Position numbers and translations under genes: made by a program. Below, piece by piece: positions 1 through 11,097 of a stretch of 64,000 nucleotides of DNA. The notes under the pieces were generated by a model that made no database searches, was not told the origin of the DNA, and saw nothing but the letters and a program-made list of their open reading frames with translations. Origin of the DNA: Malacoraja senta (taxonomy: Eukaryota); assembly GCA_038087875.1 (NCBI GenBank), contig CM075994.1, positions 806,001 through 870,000 of the forward strand, given 5' to 3'. Within the stretch, counting starts at the first letter, position 1, and the number at the start of each line of letters is the position of its first letter.

Positions 1-1148
1 CGCAGGCCAAGTGGACGACAACGTCGGGAGCTCGCAGGTCCCAGGTTGGTGACCGATTCTCCGGAGCTCCCGCAACAACAGCTTCGTCCGTTGGACTGGT
101 GGGTGGCAGCTTCGGCAGCTTCGACCGCCCCGGGCCACGGAGTTTGAACCAGCCCGTTCGCGGAGCTCGGATGCAGCCGCTGGGAGGCCCAACACCGGAA
201 GCCTAGATCGCCTCAACGTAGAGGGAGACAAGGACTTTAAGTCTTTTGCCTTCCATCTCAATGAGTAGGTGCCTGGTAGACTCACTGTGGTGGATGTTAA
301 ATTGTGTTAACTGTGTGTTTTATTATTTTATTCTATGTTATGACTGCAAGGTATACAATTTCGCTCAGACTGAAATGTCTAAATGACAATAAAGGATACT
401 AAAATTGCTTCAACTTAAGACGGTTAAGACAGACTGAGCGGAGTTGTTCAACAAAACGATCGCCGAGCCTGCGCTTGGTCTCGCCGATGTGCGGAGGTTC
501 ACACCTGGGACAGCGGATACAGTAGATGAGGTTGTAGGAGATGCAAGTGAACCTTTGCCTCACCTGAAAAGACTGTCGGGGCGAGGAGGTGCAAATGCAG
601 TTGAGGCAGAGGTTGACTGGCATCTCCTCCAACATCATCTACAGGGCCGAGGTTAGATTCCGACTATGGGTGCTGTCTGTAAGTTCTCCCCTTGACCTGC
701 GTCAGAGATGTTCGGTTTCCTCCCACACTCCAAAGACGTACAGGTAGATAGGTTAATTGGCTTCGTAGAAATGTAAATTATCCCTGGTGTGTGCGGGATC
801 GTGTTAACGTGCGGGGATCGTTGGTCGGCGCGGACTCGGTGGGCCGAAGGGCCTGTTCCACGCTGCATCTCTAAACTAAACTAAACTAAACGAAGCTAAA
901 ACTAAAAGTTAGTGAGGCCAAATGTATTAATGGCAAGTCTGTATGTATTGGATGTATAATGGTAATAACAGCGAGCATGCCAAATGGTCTGCCTATCGTC
1001 TTCTGAAACATCAAGGAGCGGAGTTCAAAGGTAGGGAACATGAATAGGTTAACAACAGGTACTAACTGGCACCTTGTTTTAATTTATTGATGAATTGTAC
1101 ACCTTCAATAGCTTTTGGGATATCCACATGACTCCGTGTGTTCTCTAG
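1..1148 (-). repeat. Upstream part of a further duplication unit continuing off the left edge
   Basis: Matches 8410-9582 directly and carries the same tandem junction (gtgttctctagtcataacaagaggag) as 16395, 27436 and 46096. Confidence 0.85.
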
Positions 1149-1149
1149 T

Positions 1150-1750
1150 CATAACAAGAGGAGTCGTGTATATGAGCAAAGAGGTCCTTCTGCAGTGGTA
1201 CAGGGCATTAGTGAGACGACACCTGGAGTATTGTGAGCAGTTTTGGTCCCCTTATTTGAGGAAGGAAATTCTTGCTATTGAGGGCGTGCAGCGTAGGTAT
1301 ACAAGGTTAATTCCCGGGATGGCGGGACTGTCATATGCTGAGAGAATGGTACGGCTGGGCTTGTATACTCTGGAATTTAGATGAAAGGGGATCTTATTGA
1401 ATCATATAAGATTATTAAGGGTTTGGACATGCCAGAGGCAGGACACATGTTGGGGGAGTCCAGAACCAGGGGCCACAGTTTAAGACTGAGGGGTAAGTCA
1501 TTTAGAACGGAGATGAGAAAACACCTTTTCACACAGAGAGCTGTGATTCTGTGGAATTCTCTGCCTGTGGAGGCTGGTTCTCTGGATACTGTCAAGTGAA
1601 AGACAGATCGGGCTCTTAAAGATAGTGGAGTCAGGGGATATGGTGAGAAGGCAGGAACGGAGTACTGATTGGGGATGATCAGCCATGGTCACATTGAATG
1701 GCGGTGCTAGTTCGACGGGCCGAATGGCCCACTCCTGCGTCTATTCTCTA
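1150..1750 (+). mobile_element. CR1-type LINE 3' fragment (unit copy)
   Basis: Encodes LVRRHLEYCEQFWSP..EGVQRR..GLYTLE..RGDLIE.YKI..TRGHSL, the CR1 RT C-terminus. Confidence 0.85.
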
Positions 1751-1892
1751 TAGAAACATTGAAATAATATTCCATTTCGTGTCCCGTTGTGAAACAGTGA
1801 ATTCAGTGACTGCAGTTTATGTTATTTACTCCGTGCAGACGAGATTTCTCCCCGCTTCGAATGGACCCAATGAGAACAAAGTTTGTAAAGAA

Positions 1893-3155
1893 CAAATGGC
1901 TCAATGGTTCATTGGTTCAATGACTCTATGGTTCAACGATTCAATGGCTCAATGGTTCAATGGCTTAATGGCTAAATGGCTCAATTGCTCTATGGTTCAA
2001 CGATTCAATGGCTCAATGGTTCAATGGCTCCATGATTCAATGGCTCAATGGCTCAATGGTTCAATGATTCAATGATTCAATGGTTCAATGGCTCAATGAC
2101 TCAATGATTCAATGATTCCAAATTTCTCAATGATTCAATGGCTCAATGGCTCAATCGTGCAATGGCTCAACGGTTCAATGGCTCAATGGCTCAACGGTTC
2201 AACGGTTCAACGATTCAATGATTCAATGATTCAATGAATCAATCGTTCAATGGCTCAATGGTTCAATGGTTCAATGGCTCGATGGTTCAATGATTCAATG
2301 ATTCAAAATTTCTCAATGATTCAATGATTCAACGATTCCATGATTCAATGGTTCAATGGTTCGATGTTTTGATGGCTCAATGATACAATTGTTCAATGAT
2401 TTGATGGTTCAATGATTCGATGATTCAATGGTTCAATGGTTCAATGGCTCAATGGCTCAAAGGCTCAACGGTTCAACGGTTCAATGATTCAATGATCCAA
2501 TGATTCATTGGCTCAATGATTCAATGGTTCTGTGGTTCAATGATTCAATTAATGTTATTTACTCCGTGCAGACGAGATTTCTCCCCGCTTCGAATGGACC
2601 CAATGAGAACAGAGTTTGTGATCAACCAGATTAAAGGACAAATGGCTCAATGATTCAATGGTTCAATGGCTCAATGGCTCAATCGGTCAATGGTTCAATG
2701 ATTCAATGGCTCAATCGTTCAATGATTCAATGATTCCTTGTTTCAATGGTTCAATGGCTTATGGTCTGAGTGCAGGTAGATGGGACTAGGTGAGAGTAAG
2801 TGTTCGGCACGGACTACAAGGGCCGAGATGGCCTGTTTGCTTGCTGTAATTGTTATATGGTTATGTGGTTATAATGGTTCAATCGTTGAATGATTCAATG
2901 GTTCAATGGCTTATTGGTTCAATGGCTCAATAATTCAATGAGTCAATGATTCAATGATTCAAAGGCTCAATAGTTCAATGGTTCAATGGATCATTGGTTC
3001 AATGGCTCAATGGCTCAATGGTTCATTGATTGAATGGCTCAATGGCTCAATGGCTGACTGGTTCAATGATTCAATGGTTCACTGGCTGAATGATTCAAAG
3101 GTTCAACGATTCAATGATTCAATGGTTGAATGATTCAATGGTTCAATGATCCAAT
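1893..3155. repeat. Octamer satellite (TTCAATGG/TTCAATGA/CTCAATGG)n, unit A
   Basis: Direct reading of degenerate 8-mers, with an embedded ~90-bp cassette and a CR1 3' fragment. Confidence 0.95.
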
Positions 3156-3927
3156 TCATGTTTTTTTTAATCTGGAACAATAAAAGTGTCTATCTGTCTC
3201 CCTAGTAGAAGCATACAGTAGGAATAATTTCGTTTTGTTTGTTGCCACGTTAACGGAGGTACAGTAAAAACTTATTGTTGCGTGCTATCCAGTCAGCGGA
3301 AAGACAATACGTGATTACAATGGAGCCGTCCACATTGTACAGATACAGGATAAGGGAATAACGTTTCGTGCAAGGTTAATCCAGTAAATTGCGTTAAAAA
3401 ATAGTCCGACGGTCACCAATGAGGTAGATAGTAATTTAGCACTGCTCACTGGTTGTGGTAGGATGCTTCAGTTTCTTGATAACAGTTGGGAAGGAACTAT
3501 CCCTGAAACTTAAGGTGTGTGTTTTCATATTTCTTTACATTTTGCTCGATGGGAGAGGGGAGAAAAGGGGAAAGAGGAGAACTCCCTATTCTCTAATTGG
3601 CAATTTGGAGAGTGCAATTATCCTACAAAAAATTTAGGGCGTGGAAGGAAATGCAGCACCGAGAGGAACCCACGCGGCAACATAGAGATTAGATGATCTT
3701 GCCATCGTGTTTGGCACGGCCATTGTGGCACGGACATTGTGTTCCAGTGCTAATTTCCAAGTTCTAAGTGCAGGACATAGGGTTAATTATCACAACGTTT
3801 AAGAAACATTTATACACGTACATGGATCGGACAGGTTTGGAGGGATATGGACCAAATGCAGGCCGGTGGGACTAGTGTAGACGGAGCATGGTGGCCATTG
3901 TGAGCAAGTTTGGCTGAAGGGTACCCC

Positions 3928-6900
3928 TCAGGTACCTCGTACATCTTTCCCCCTCACCTTAACAGCTATGCACAGAGCAGCGAAGGGGGACGTGAGCAGG
4001 GCGTTCAACTGCGCTCTGATCCTGCTCTGGGTGAGGGCGTACACACAGGTGTTTGTGCATGAACCGAGGCACTTCAGCAACATCGCGACTTGCACGGCCG
4101 CGTACAGCGAGCGGGGGCCGCGGAACATCACCGTCTCGCTCACCCCCACCCAGGCGTGGATCACCGTGATGGGAACGGCCAGCGCCACGAAGTTCCCGGA
4201 GACGGCGAACAGCAGGGCAACCGAAGCCCTCCGGCTCCTGACCTCGGGGTCGTCGCCCCCGCCCCCCTGGCAAGAGCCCTTCAAGGCCAGTCGGGCCCTG
4301 CTGGCCCCTAGAATGTGTCTGGCGGTCAGCGAATTCAGCAGCAGCAGGGCGGGGATGGGGAGGAAGGTGTTGAGGAGGAAGGAGGTCCAGCGATGGGCGG
4401 ACCACAGCGGGGATTCCAGGTGACCCGGCACAGGGCAGCAACCGTAGGCCACACGGTGAACGGTGTGACAGGGCCGGTAGCGGAGAGGCAAGGGCGCGTT
4501 CGTCAACACGCTGACCATTCCTACCGCCGCTAGCTCCATGGCCGCGGTTCTCTCGGTGCAATAAGTGCGCCTCAGCTTCCGGCAACAGATAGCCACGAAA
4601 CGGTCACACGTGAAGGACACGGTGAACCAGGTATTGAGCTGGAAACTGAAGCCTTGCAGGTAGGCACTGAGCCGGCACACGGGCGTGTAGCGGAGCGGAG
4701 ACCCGGGGAAGTGGTACCTGAAAGGACAAGAAACGCCGGGGTGACTCAGCGGGTCAGGCAGCGGCTCTGGAAAGAAAAATAGATACAAAAAGCTGGATGT
4801 AACTCAGCGGTTCAGGCAGCAAATGGAGGAAAGATAAACACAAAACGCTGGAGTAACGCGGCGGGTCGGCACGGTGGCGCAGCGGTAGAGTTGCTGCCAG
4901 AGTCCCGGGTTCGATTCTGACTACGGGTGCAGTCTGCCCGGAGATTGGCCGTTCTCCCCGTGACATCGTGGGTATTCTCCGGGTGCCCAAGGTTTCCTCT
5001 AACTTTTGCAATCAGACCAGTGGAGAGTGGGAGCAATCCGGAGCACCTGGATAAAACCCACGCAGTCACATGCAGAATGTTCATACTACACACAGACACA
5101 CCAAGGTCAGAGTCGAACCCAGGTCTTTAGTGCTGTGCGGGGAACAGGAGCGGGGAGGCGTGGGAAGAGAGAGGGGTGGTGTGGGGTAGAATGGAATGGG
5201 CTTTGCGGGAGGTTGGTGAAAGGTTACCTAAAATCGGAGTATTCAATGTTCATACCATTGGGTTGTAAGATGCTGTTCCTCCAGTTTGCGTGTGGCCTCA
5301 CTCTGGCAGTGAAGGAGGCCCAGGATTTTAAAAAAAAGGTCAGTGTGGTAACGGGAAAGGAATGGTTAAAAACCGGGAGATCCAGCAGGTCTTGGCGGAC
5401 CGAGCGCAAGTGTTCGGCGAAATTTTCGCCCAGTCTACACATTGTCTTGCCGATGTCCAGGAGGCCACATCGGGAACTGGGATATCTCCCGGTGGCCAAA
5501 CACTTTTACTCCTCCTCCCATTCGCACACCTACCCATTCTGTCAGGGGCCTCCTCCATTGTCAGAGTGAGGCCCAGCGCAAACAGGAGCAACAGCACCTC
5601 GTGTTTCGCTTGGGCAGCTTACACCCCAGCTTGACTTCTCTAACTCCAAGTGACCCTTGCTTTTCCTCTCTCTCCATCGCATCCTAATTCCCCGACCAGT
5701 CTGACTGTCCCTTTGATTAAATATTTATCTCTCATTGCTTCGTTGTCCACTTCCCCGAGCTAACAATGGTCCATTCTACTTTTCCCTTGATCAGAATACC
5801 TCTTCACCCCCCACCCCCCTTCCCAAATCTTTGCACATCCCCAAACATTTCCATTCGTCACTTTAATTTAATGTATCTTGTTTTTTTATGACTGTTAGCA
5901 GAATACTTTCCCTCCTGGGATTAGTAAAGTTCTATCGTATTGTATGGTATGAGCGTCCCATTTGATGTCTCGTTTTCACACCTTTCCTTTTCATATCTCT
6001 GCGTGTCCCGCTCCACTGACTCTCAGTCTGAAGAAGGCTCTCGACCCGAAACCTCACCCATTCTTTCTATCCGCAGATGCTGCCTGTCCCGCCGCGTTAC
6101 TCCAGCATTTTGTGTCTATCTTCGGCGTAAACCAGCATCTGCAGTTCCTTCCTACACATGCAGTAGATGAGGTTGGAGCAGGTATCCAGTACGTACCTGA
6201 CTATCTGGCTGACTATGACGTTGAAGACCTACACCATGAGATCACCCATCGCCATGGCCATCATGTAGCAGGTGATGTCTTTGGAGAGAACGCACTTTCC
6301 TCGAAATAGGATCACCAAGGACATCAAGTTGGCTGTAAGGAAACACACAACGGCGAGAAGCAAGAGGGAAATGGGATAGAGGCGTAGGGGACTGCATCTG
6401 TAGGGAACGGCAATAAATGTAACCAGAATTTCAGCAGTCCTGAACTACTTTCTACCTCATTGGTGACACACGGACCATGTGTGACCGGACTTTGATGGCT
6501 TTACCTTGCACTGAACGTCATTCCCTTATCATGTATCTGTACACTGGAAATGGCTCGATTGTAATCATGTATTGTATTTCCGCTGACTGGTTAGCACGCA
6601 ACAAAAGCTTTTCACTGTACCTCGGTACACGTGATAATGAACTAAATTCAACTGAACTGAATACGATCCAAGTCATTTGGGTATTTCTTAACCGTAGATT
6701 GACAGGTTCTTGATCAATAAGGTTGTTAAAGGATAGGGGGAAAAGGCAGGAGAATGGGGGTGGTCAGGGGAAGATAGATCAGCCATGACTGAATGTTACA
6801 GTAGACTTGACGGGTTCTTCACATTCACTCCATCCAGGCCATACACAACACCGGAGGTCAGGACTGAACCCAGGTCTTTTGCGATGTGAGGCAGCAACTC

Positions 6901-7649
6901 TCCCTCTGCGCCACGGTGCTAACCTAATTTTAGACAATAAGAGTGAAAACAGGCCATTCGGCCCGTCGGGTCTGCGCAGACCAGCGACTACCTGCCCAAT
7001 GTTAGAAGCAATCCGTCTTCCCTTAGCATTGAAACCAAGAGCACAAAAGTGAATAATCTCATCGTTGCCCTCACTCTGACCACTAACTGGCACAATGGAT
7101 GCAGAGAAATCAACTGCAGCCAAAAACAATGAAGAGACATAGAAGGTCTCCATTCAACCTCCGGTATTCCAGAGAAAACAATCCAAGTCTGTCCGACTTC
7201 TCCTTGTAGCTGATTCCCGCTAAAGCAGGCATCATTCTGGTAAGAGGCACAAAAATGCTGGATTAACTCAGTGGGTCAGACAGCATCTCTGGAGAGAATG
7301 AATAAGTGACATTTCGGGACGAGACCTTTATTTCAGACCAGTAAGGAGAAAAGAAAACGAGATAAAGTCGGTGATAGAGAGAGATAAAGAGCAAATGAAT
7401 GAAAGCTATGCATAAAGTAACGATGAAATGGAGAGCCCACGATGGCCCATTGTTGGATGAGGTCCAGGTGATAACGAGTTATACAGACAGTGAAACTCAA
7501 TAAGACGACAGTGAAACTAGTACGACAACTAGGGTGGGGGAGGGACGGAGAGAAAACCACCGCTACATTAAATGAAATGACTTACCAGGCACACCAATGA
7601 CTGCAATAATCGGGTAGAAGATCTCGATGTGAAGTGCGTACGTTCCCAT
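3928..7649 (-). pseudogene. GPR139/GPR142-like class A GPCR, copy A; premature stop in exon 2
   Basis: Exons on the minus strand are 7649-7586 (MGTYALHIEIFYPIIAVIGVP), 6332-6197 and 4717-3928, with GT..AG introns and the same lengths as intact copies C and D. The Leu codon TTG in exon 2 (LMV-L-VF) is TAG at 6231-6229. Exon 3 is open (CDRFVAICC, LLNSLT, NTCVY). Confidence 0.85.
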
Positions 7650-9689
7650 CCTCTGGTGAAAGGAGGCGCTCTATGAATGGGGTGCTTTGGAAATGGAAGG
7701 ACTTATACGTGAGCAGATGGTTTATTGCGACATCCATGTCATTAGCCAGAGCAAATATTCAACGCAAGGGTTCGCAAACCAGCACTAATGAGACCTAATG
7801 ATCCTCAGAGATAACGTTGCACTCACAACCACAGTCATTACAGCACTAGTTTAGTGCAGTTAGTGTGCTGTAGTTAATTTAATTTAGTTAGTTTGCTTTA
7901 GTTAGTTTACTTTAGTGTATTAGTTTGCTTTAATTAGTTATGTTATCATTAATCTAGTTTAGTTTTGTTTTGTTCCATTTCATTATGTTTCGTTTAATTT
8001 AATTTAGCCAAGTTAGTTTAGTTTAATTTAGTTTAGTTTAATTTAGTTTAGTTTAGTCTATTCTAGTCGAGTTTAGTTTAGTTTTGATTCGTTTATTTTA
8101 GGTTAGTTGAGTGATACAGCTCGGAAACTTGATCTGAAACTTGATCTGAAAAGGCACATCATCACATTCAGGCACAGTTTCTTCCCAGCTGTTATCAGGC
8201 AATTGATACACCCTACCGTAACCAGAGAGCAGTCCTGAACTACTATCTACCCTATTGGTGACCATTGGTCTATCCTCTATCAGATTTCGATGTCCGGAAG
8301 TGGCGGCGCTGCCCAAGCAGCTCCAACAGGAACCGACCTCGAGGCTCCGAAGGCAGAGCCAGGACATACCATCGCGAGGCTGGCCGACTTCGGGGCCTCG
8401 GAGGCTCGGCCGCGGGCATAGTGGACGACAACGTCGGGAGCTCGCAGGTCCCAGGTTGGTGACCGATTCTCCGGAGCTCCCGCAACATCAGCTTCGTCCG
8501 CTGGACTGGTGGGTGGCAGCTTCTGCAGCTTCGACCGCCCCGGGCCACGGAGTTTGAACCAGCCCGTTCGCGGAGCTCGGTTTCAGCCGCTGGGAGGCCC
8601 AACACCGGAAGCCTGGATCGCTTCAACGTAGAGGGAGACGAGGAGGGAAGAGACAAGGACTTTAAGACTTTTGCCTTCCATCACAATGAGGAGGTGCCTG
8701 GTAGACTCACTGTGGTGGATGTTAAATTGTGTTAACTGGGTGTTTTGTTATTTTATTCTATGTTATGTCTGCAAGGTATACAATTTCGCTCAGACTGAAA
8801 TGTCTAAATGACAATAAAGGATACTTAAATTGCTTAAACTTAAGACGGTTAAGACGGACTGAGCGGAGGTGTTCAACAAAACGACCGCCGAGCCTGCGCT
8901 TGGTCTCGCCGATGTGCGGAGGTTGACACCTGGGACAGCGGATACAGTAGATGAGGTTGTAGGAGATGCAAGTGAACATCTGCCTCACCTGAAAAGACTG
9001 TCGGGGTGAGGAGGTGCAAATGCAGACGAGGCAGAGGTTGACTGGCATCTCCTCCAACCTCATCTACAGGGCCGGGGTTAGATACCGACTATGGGTGCTG
9101 TCTGTAAGATCTCCCCTTGACCTGCGTCGAAGATGTTCGGTTTCCTCCCACACTCCGTACAGACGTACAGGTAGGTAGGTTAATTGGCTTGGTAGAAATG
9201 TAAATTGTCCCTAGTGTGTGCGGGATCGTGTCAACGTGCGGGGATCGTTGGTCGGCACGGACTCGGTGGGCCGAAGGGCCTGTTCCGCGCTGCATCTCTA
9301 AACTAAACTAAACTAAACTAAACGAAGCTAAAACTAAAAGTTAGTGACGCCAAATGTATTAATGGCAAGTCTGTATGTATTGGATTTATAATGGTAATAA
9401 CAGCGAGCATGTCAAATGGTCTGCCTATCGTCTTCCGAAACCTCAAGGAGCGGAGTTCAAAGGTAGGGAAAATGAATAGGTTGACAACAGGTACTAACTG
9501 GCACCGTGTTTTAATGTATTGATGAATTGTACACCTTCAATAGCTTTTGGGATATCCACATGACTCAGTGTGTTCTATAGTCTTACACTCTTGTACTTAT
9601 TATGATTGTGCCCAATGTGCCCAATGTATAACAGCATTGTCAATGAACTGGACCTAATGCAAATGAGAGGAATTTAAATGCGTAGAGGA

Positions 9690-10020
9690 GAATGCATCGA
9701 GTCCTTTGCCCAGAGTGGGGGAATCAAGAACCGGAGGGCATTGGTTTAAGATGAGAGGAGGAAATATTCAAGGAACCCAAGACGTAATTTTTCCACACAG
9801 GATGGGTGTGTGGAACAAGCTGCCAGAGCAGGGAGTTGAGGCAGGGACTACAACACGCTTTAAAGGACAGGTCCCTGTGTGGGAAATGTTTAGAGGTATA
9901 TGGGCCAAAGGTGGGCATGTGGAACTAATATAGATGGGGCTTCTTGGTCGGCATGAACAACATGGGTCGAATGCCCTGCTTCCGTGCTGTATGATTCTAT
10001 GACTCTCTATGAATATGATA
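9690..10020 (+). mobile_element. CR1 3' fragment
   Basis: PRVGESRTGGH..WNKLP; ends in an (ATTCTATG)-like tail. Confidence 0.7.
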
Positions 10021-10054
10021 GAGAGAGGAGAGAGGGTATAGAGGGATGGAGAGA

Positions 10055-10410
10055 CCATAGACAATAAGTGCAGGAGTAGGCAATTCGGCCCTTCAAGCCA
10101 GCACCGCCATTCAATGTGATCACGGCTGATCATCCCAAATCAGTACCCCGTTCCTGCCTTCTCCCCATATCCCCTGACTCCGCTATTTTAAGAGCCCTAT
10201 CTTGCTCTCTCTTGAAAGCATCAGATAACCCGCCTCCACCGCCCTCTGAGGCAGAGAATTCCACAGACTCACACTCTCTGTGAGAAAATGTGTTTCCTCG
10301 TCTCCGTTCTAAATGGCTTACTCCTTATTCTTAAAATGTGGCCCCTGGTTCTGGACTCCCCCAACATCGGGAACATGTTTCCTGCCTCTAGCGTGTCCAA
10401 ACCCTTAACA
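10055..10410 (-). mobile_element. CR1 3' fragment
   Basis: KGLDTLEAGNMFPMLGESRTRGH on the minus strand; same family as the unit CR1. Confidence 0.8.
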
Positions 10411-10519
10411 ATCAGAGGATATAGAGTGCGCAAGAGAGAGAACAAAAGGGCATGTATCACATTATGATTCTATGACTTAAAAGAGAATTTCACTGCACTT
10501 ATGTACACATGACATTAAC

Positions 10520-10890
10520 ATGTCATTGATCCATTGATCTATTGGATCTTGGGCTAATGAACCATTCAACGATTGGACCATTGAACCATTGGGCCATTGG
10601 AACATTGGAACATTTTTCTATTGGACCATTGGAATATTTAACCATTGAACAATTGCCAATTGTACAGTGGAACGACTGGAATATAGATCCATTGGAATAT
10701 TGACCAATAGATCATTGAACCATGAAGCTGTTGAACCATAGAAACATTGGAACATTGAACTTTGAAACATTGGAAGATTAAAATATTGAACCATTGAAAC
10801 ATTCACCATTGAACAACTGACCAGTGCACCATTAATCCATTGTACCATTGAATCATCGAGCCGTCGCCCTATCGAACCATCAATCATCTG
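10520..10890. repeat. Highly degenerate CCATTGAA-type satellite next to the gap
   Basis: Repeated accattg/aacattg motifs. Confidence 0.75.
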
Positions 10891-10897
10891 GGTGGTG

Positions 10898-11097
10898 NNN
10901 NNNNNNNNNNNNNNNNNNNNNNNNNNNNNNNNNNNNNNNNNNNNNNNNNNNNNNNNNNNNNNNNNNNNNNNNNNNNNNNNNNNNNNNNNNNNNNNNNNNN
11001 NNNNNNNNNNNNNNNNNNNNNNNNNNNNNNNNNNNNNNNNNNNNNNNNNNNNNNNNNNNNNNNNNNNNNNNNNNNNNNNNNNNNNNNNNNNNNNNNN
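10898..11097. other. Assembly gap (200 N)
   Basis: A run of exactly 200 N. The orientation of the repeated units flips across it. Confidence 0.99.

Larger units (their letters stand above)
1149..9582 (-). repeat. Segmental duplication unit A (~8.4 kb, inverted relative to B-E)
   Basis: Reverse complement of the unit at 46096-54030, with the same order: SINE, GIY-YIG fragment, non-autonomous element, (CTAAA)-rich tract, GPCR, octamer satellite, CR1 fragment. Confidence 0.9.

Noticed and set aside
1893..3155. Satellite with interspersed unique-looking cassettes as a CRISPR-like array, or as a coding repeat (MAQWFNGS..)
   Set aside because: The context is eukaryotic, the units are degenerate 8-mers, the cassettes are identical rather than unique spacers, and no cas genes are present. 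The ORFs are repeat translations.
3959..4585. Alternative-frame and antisense ORFs over exon 3 (MPEAEAH.., MHRAAKG.., MAEGYPS..) in all copies
   Set aside because: These are by-products of GC-rich coding sequence. Lengths vary between copies and there are no recognisable domains.
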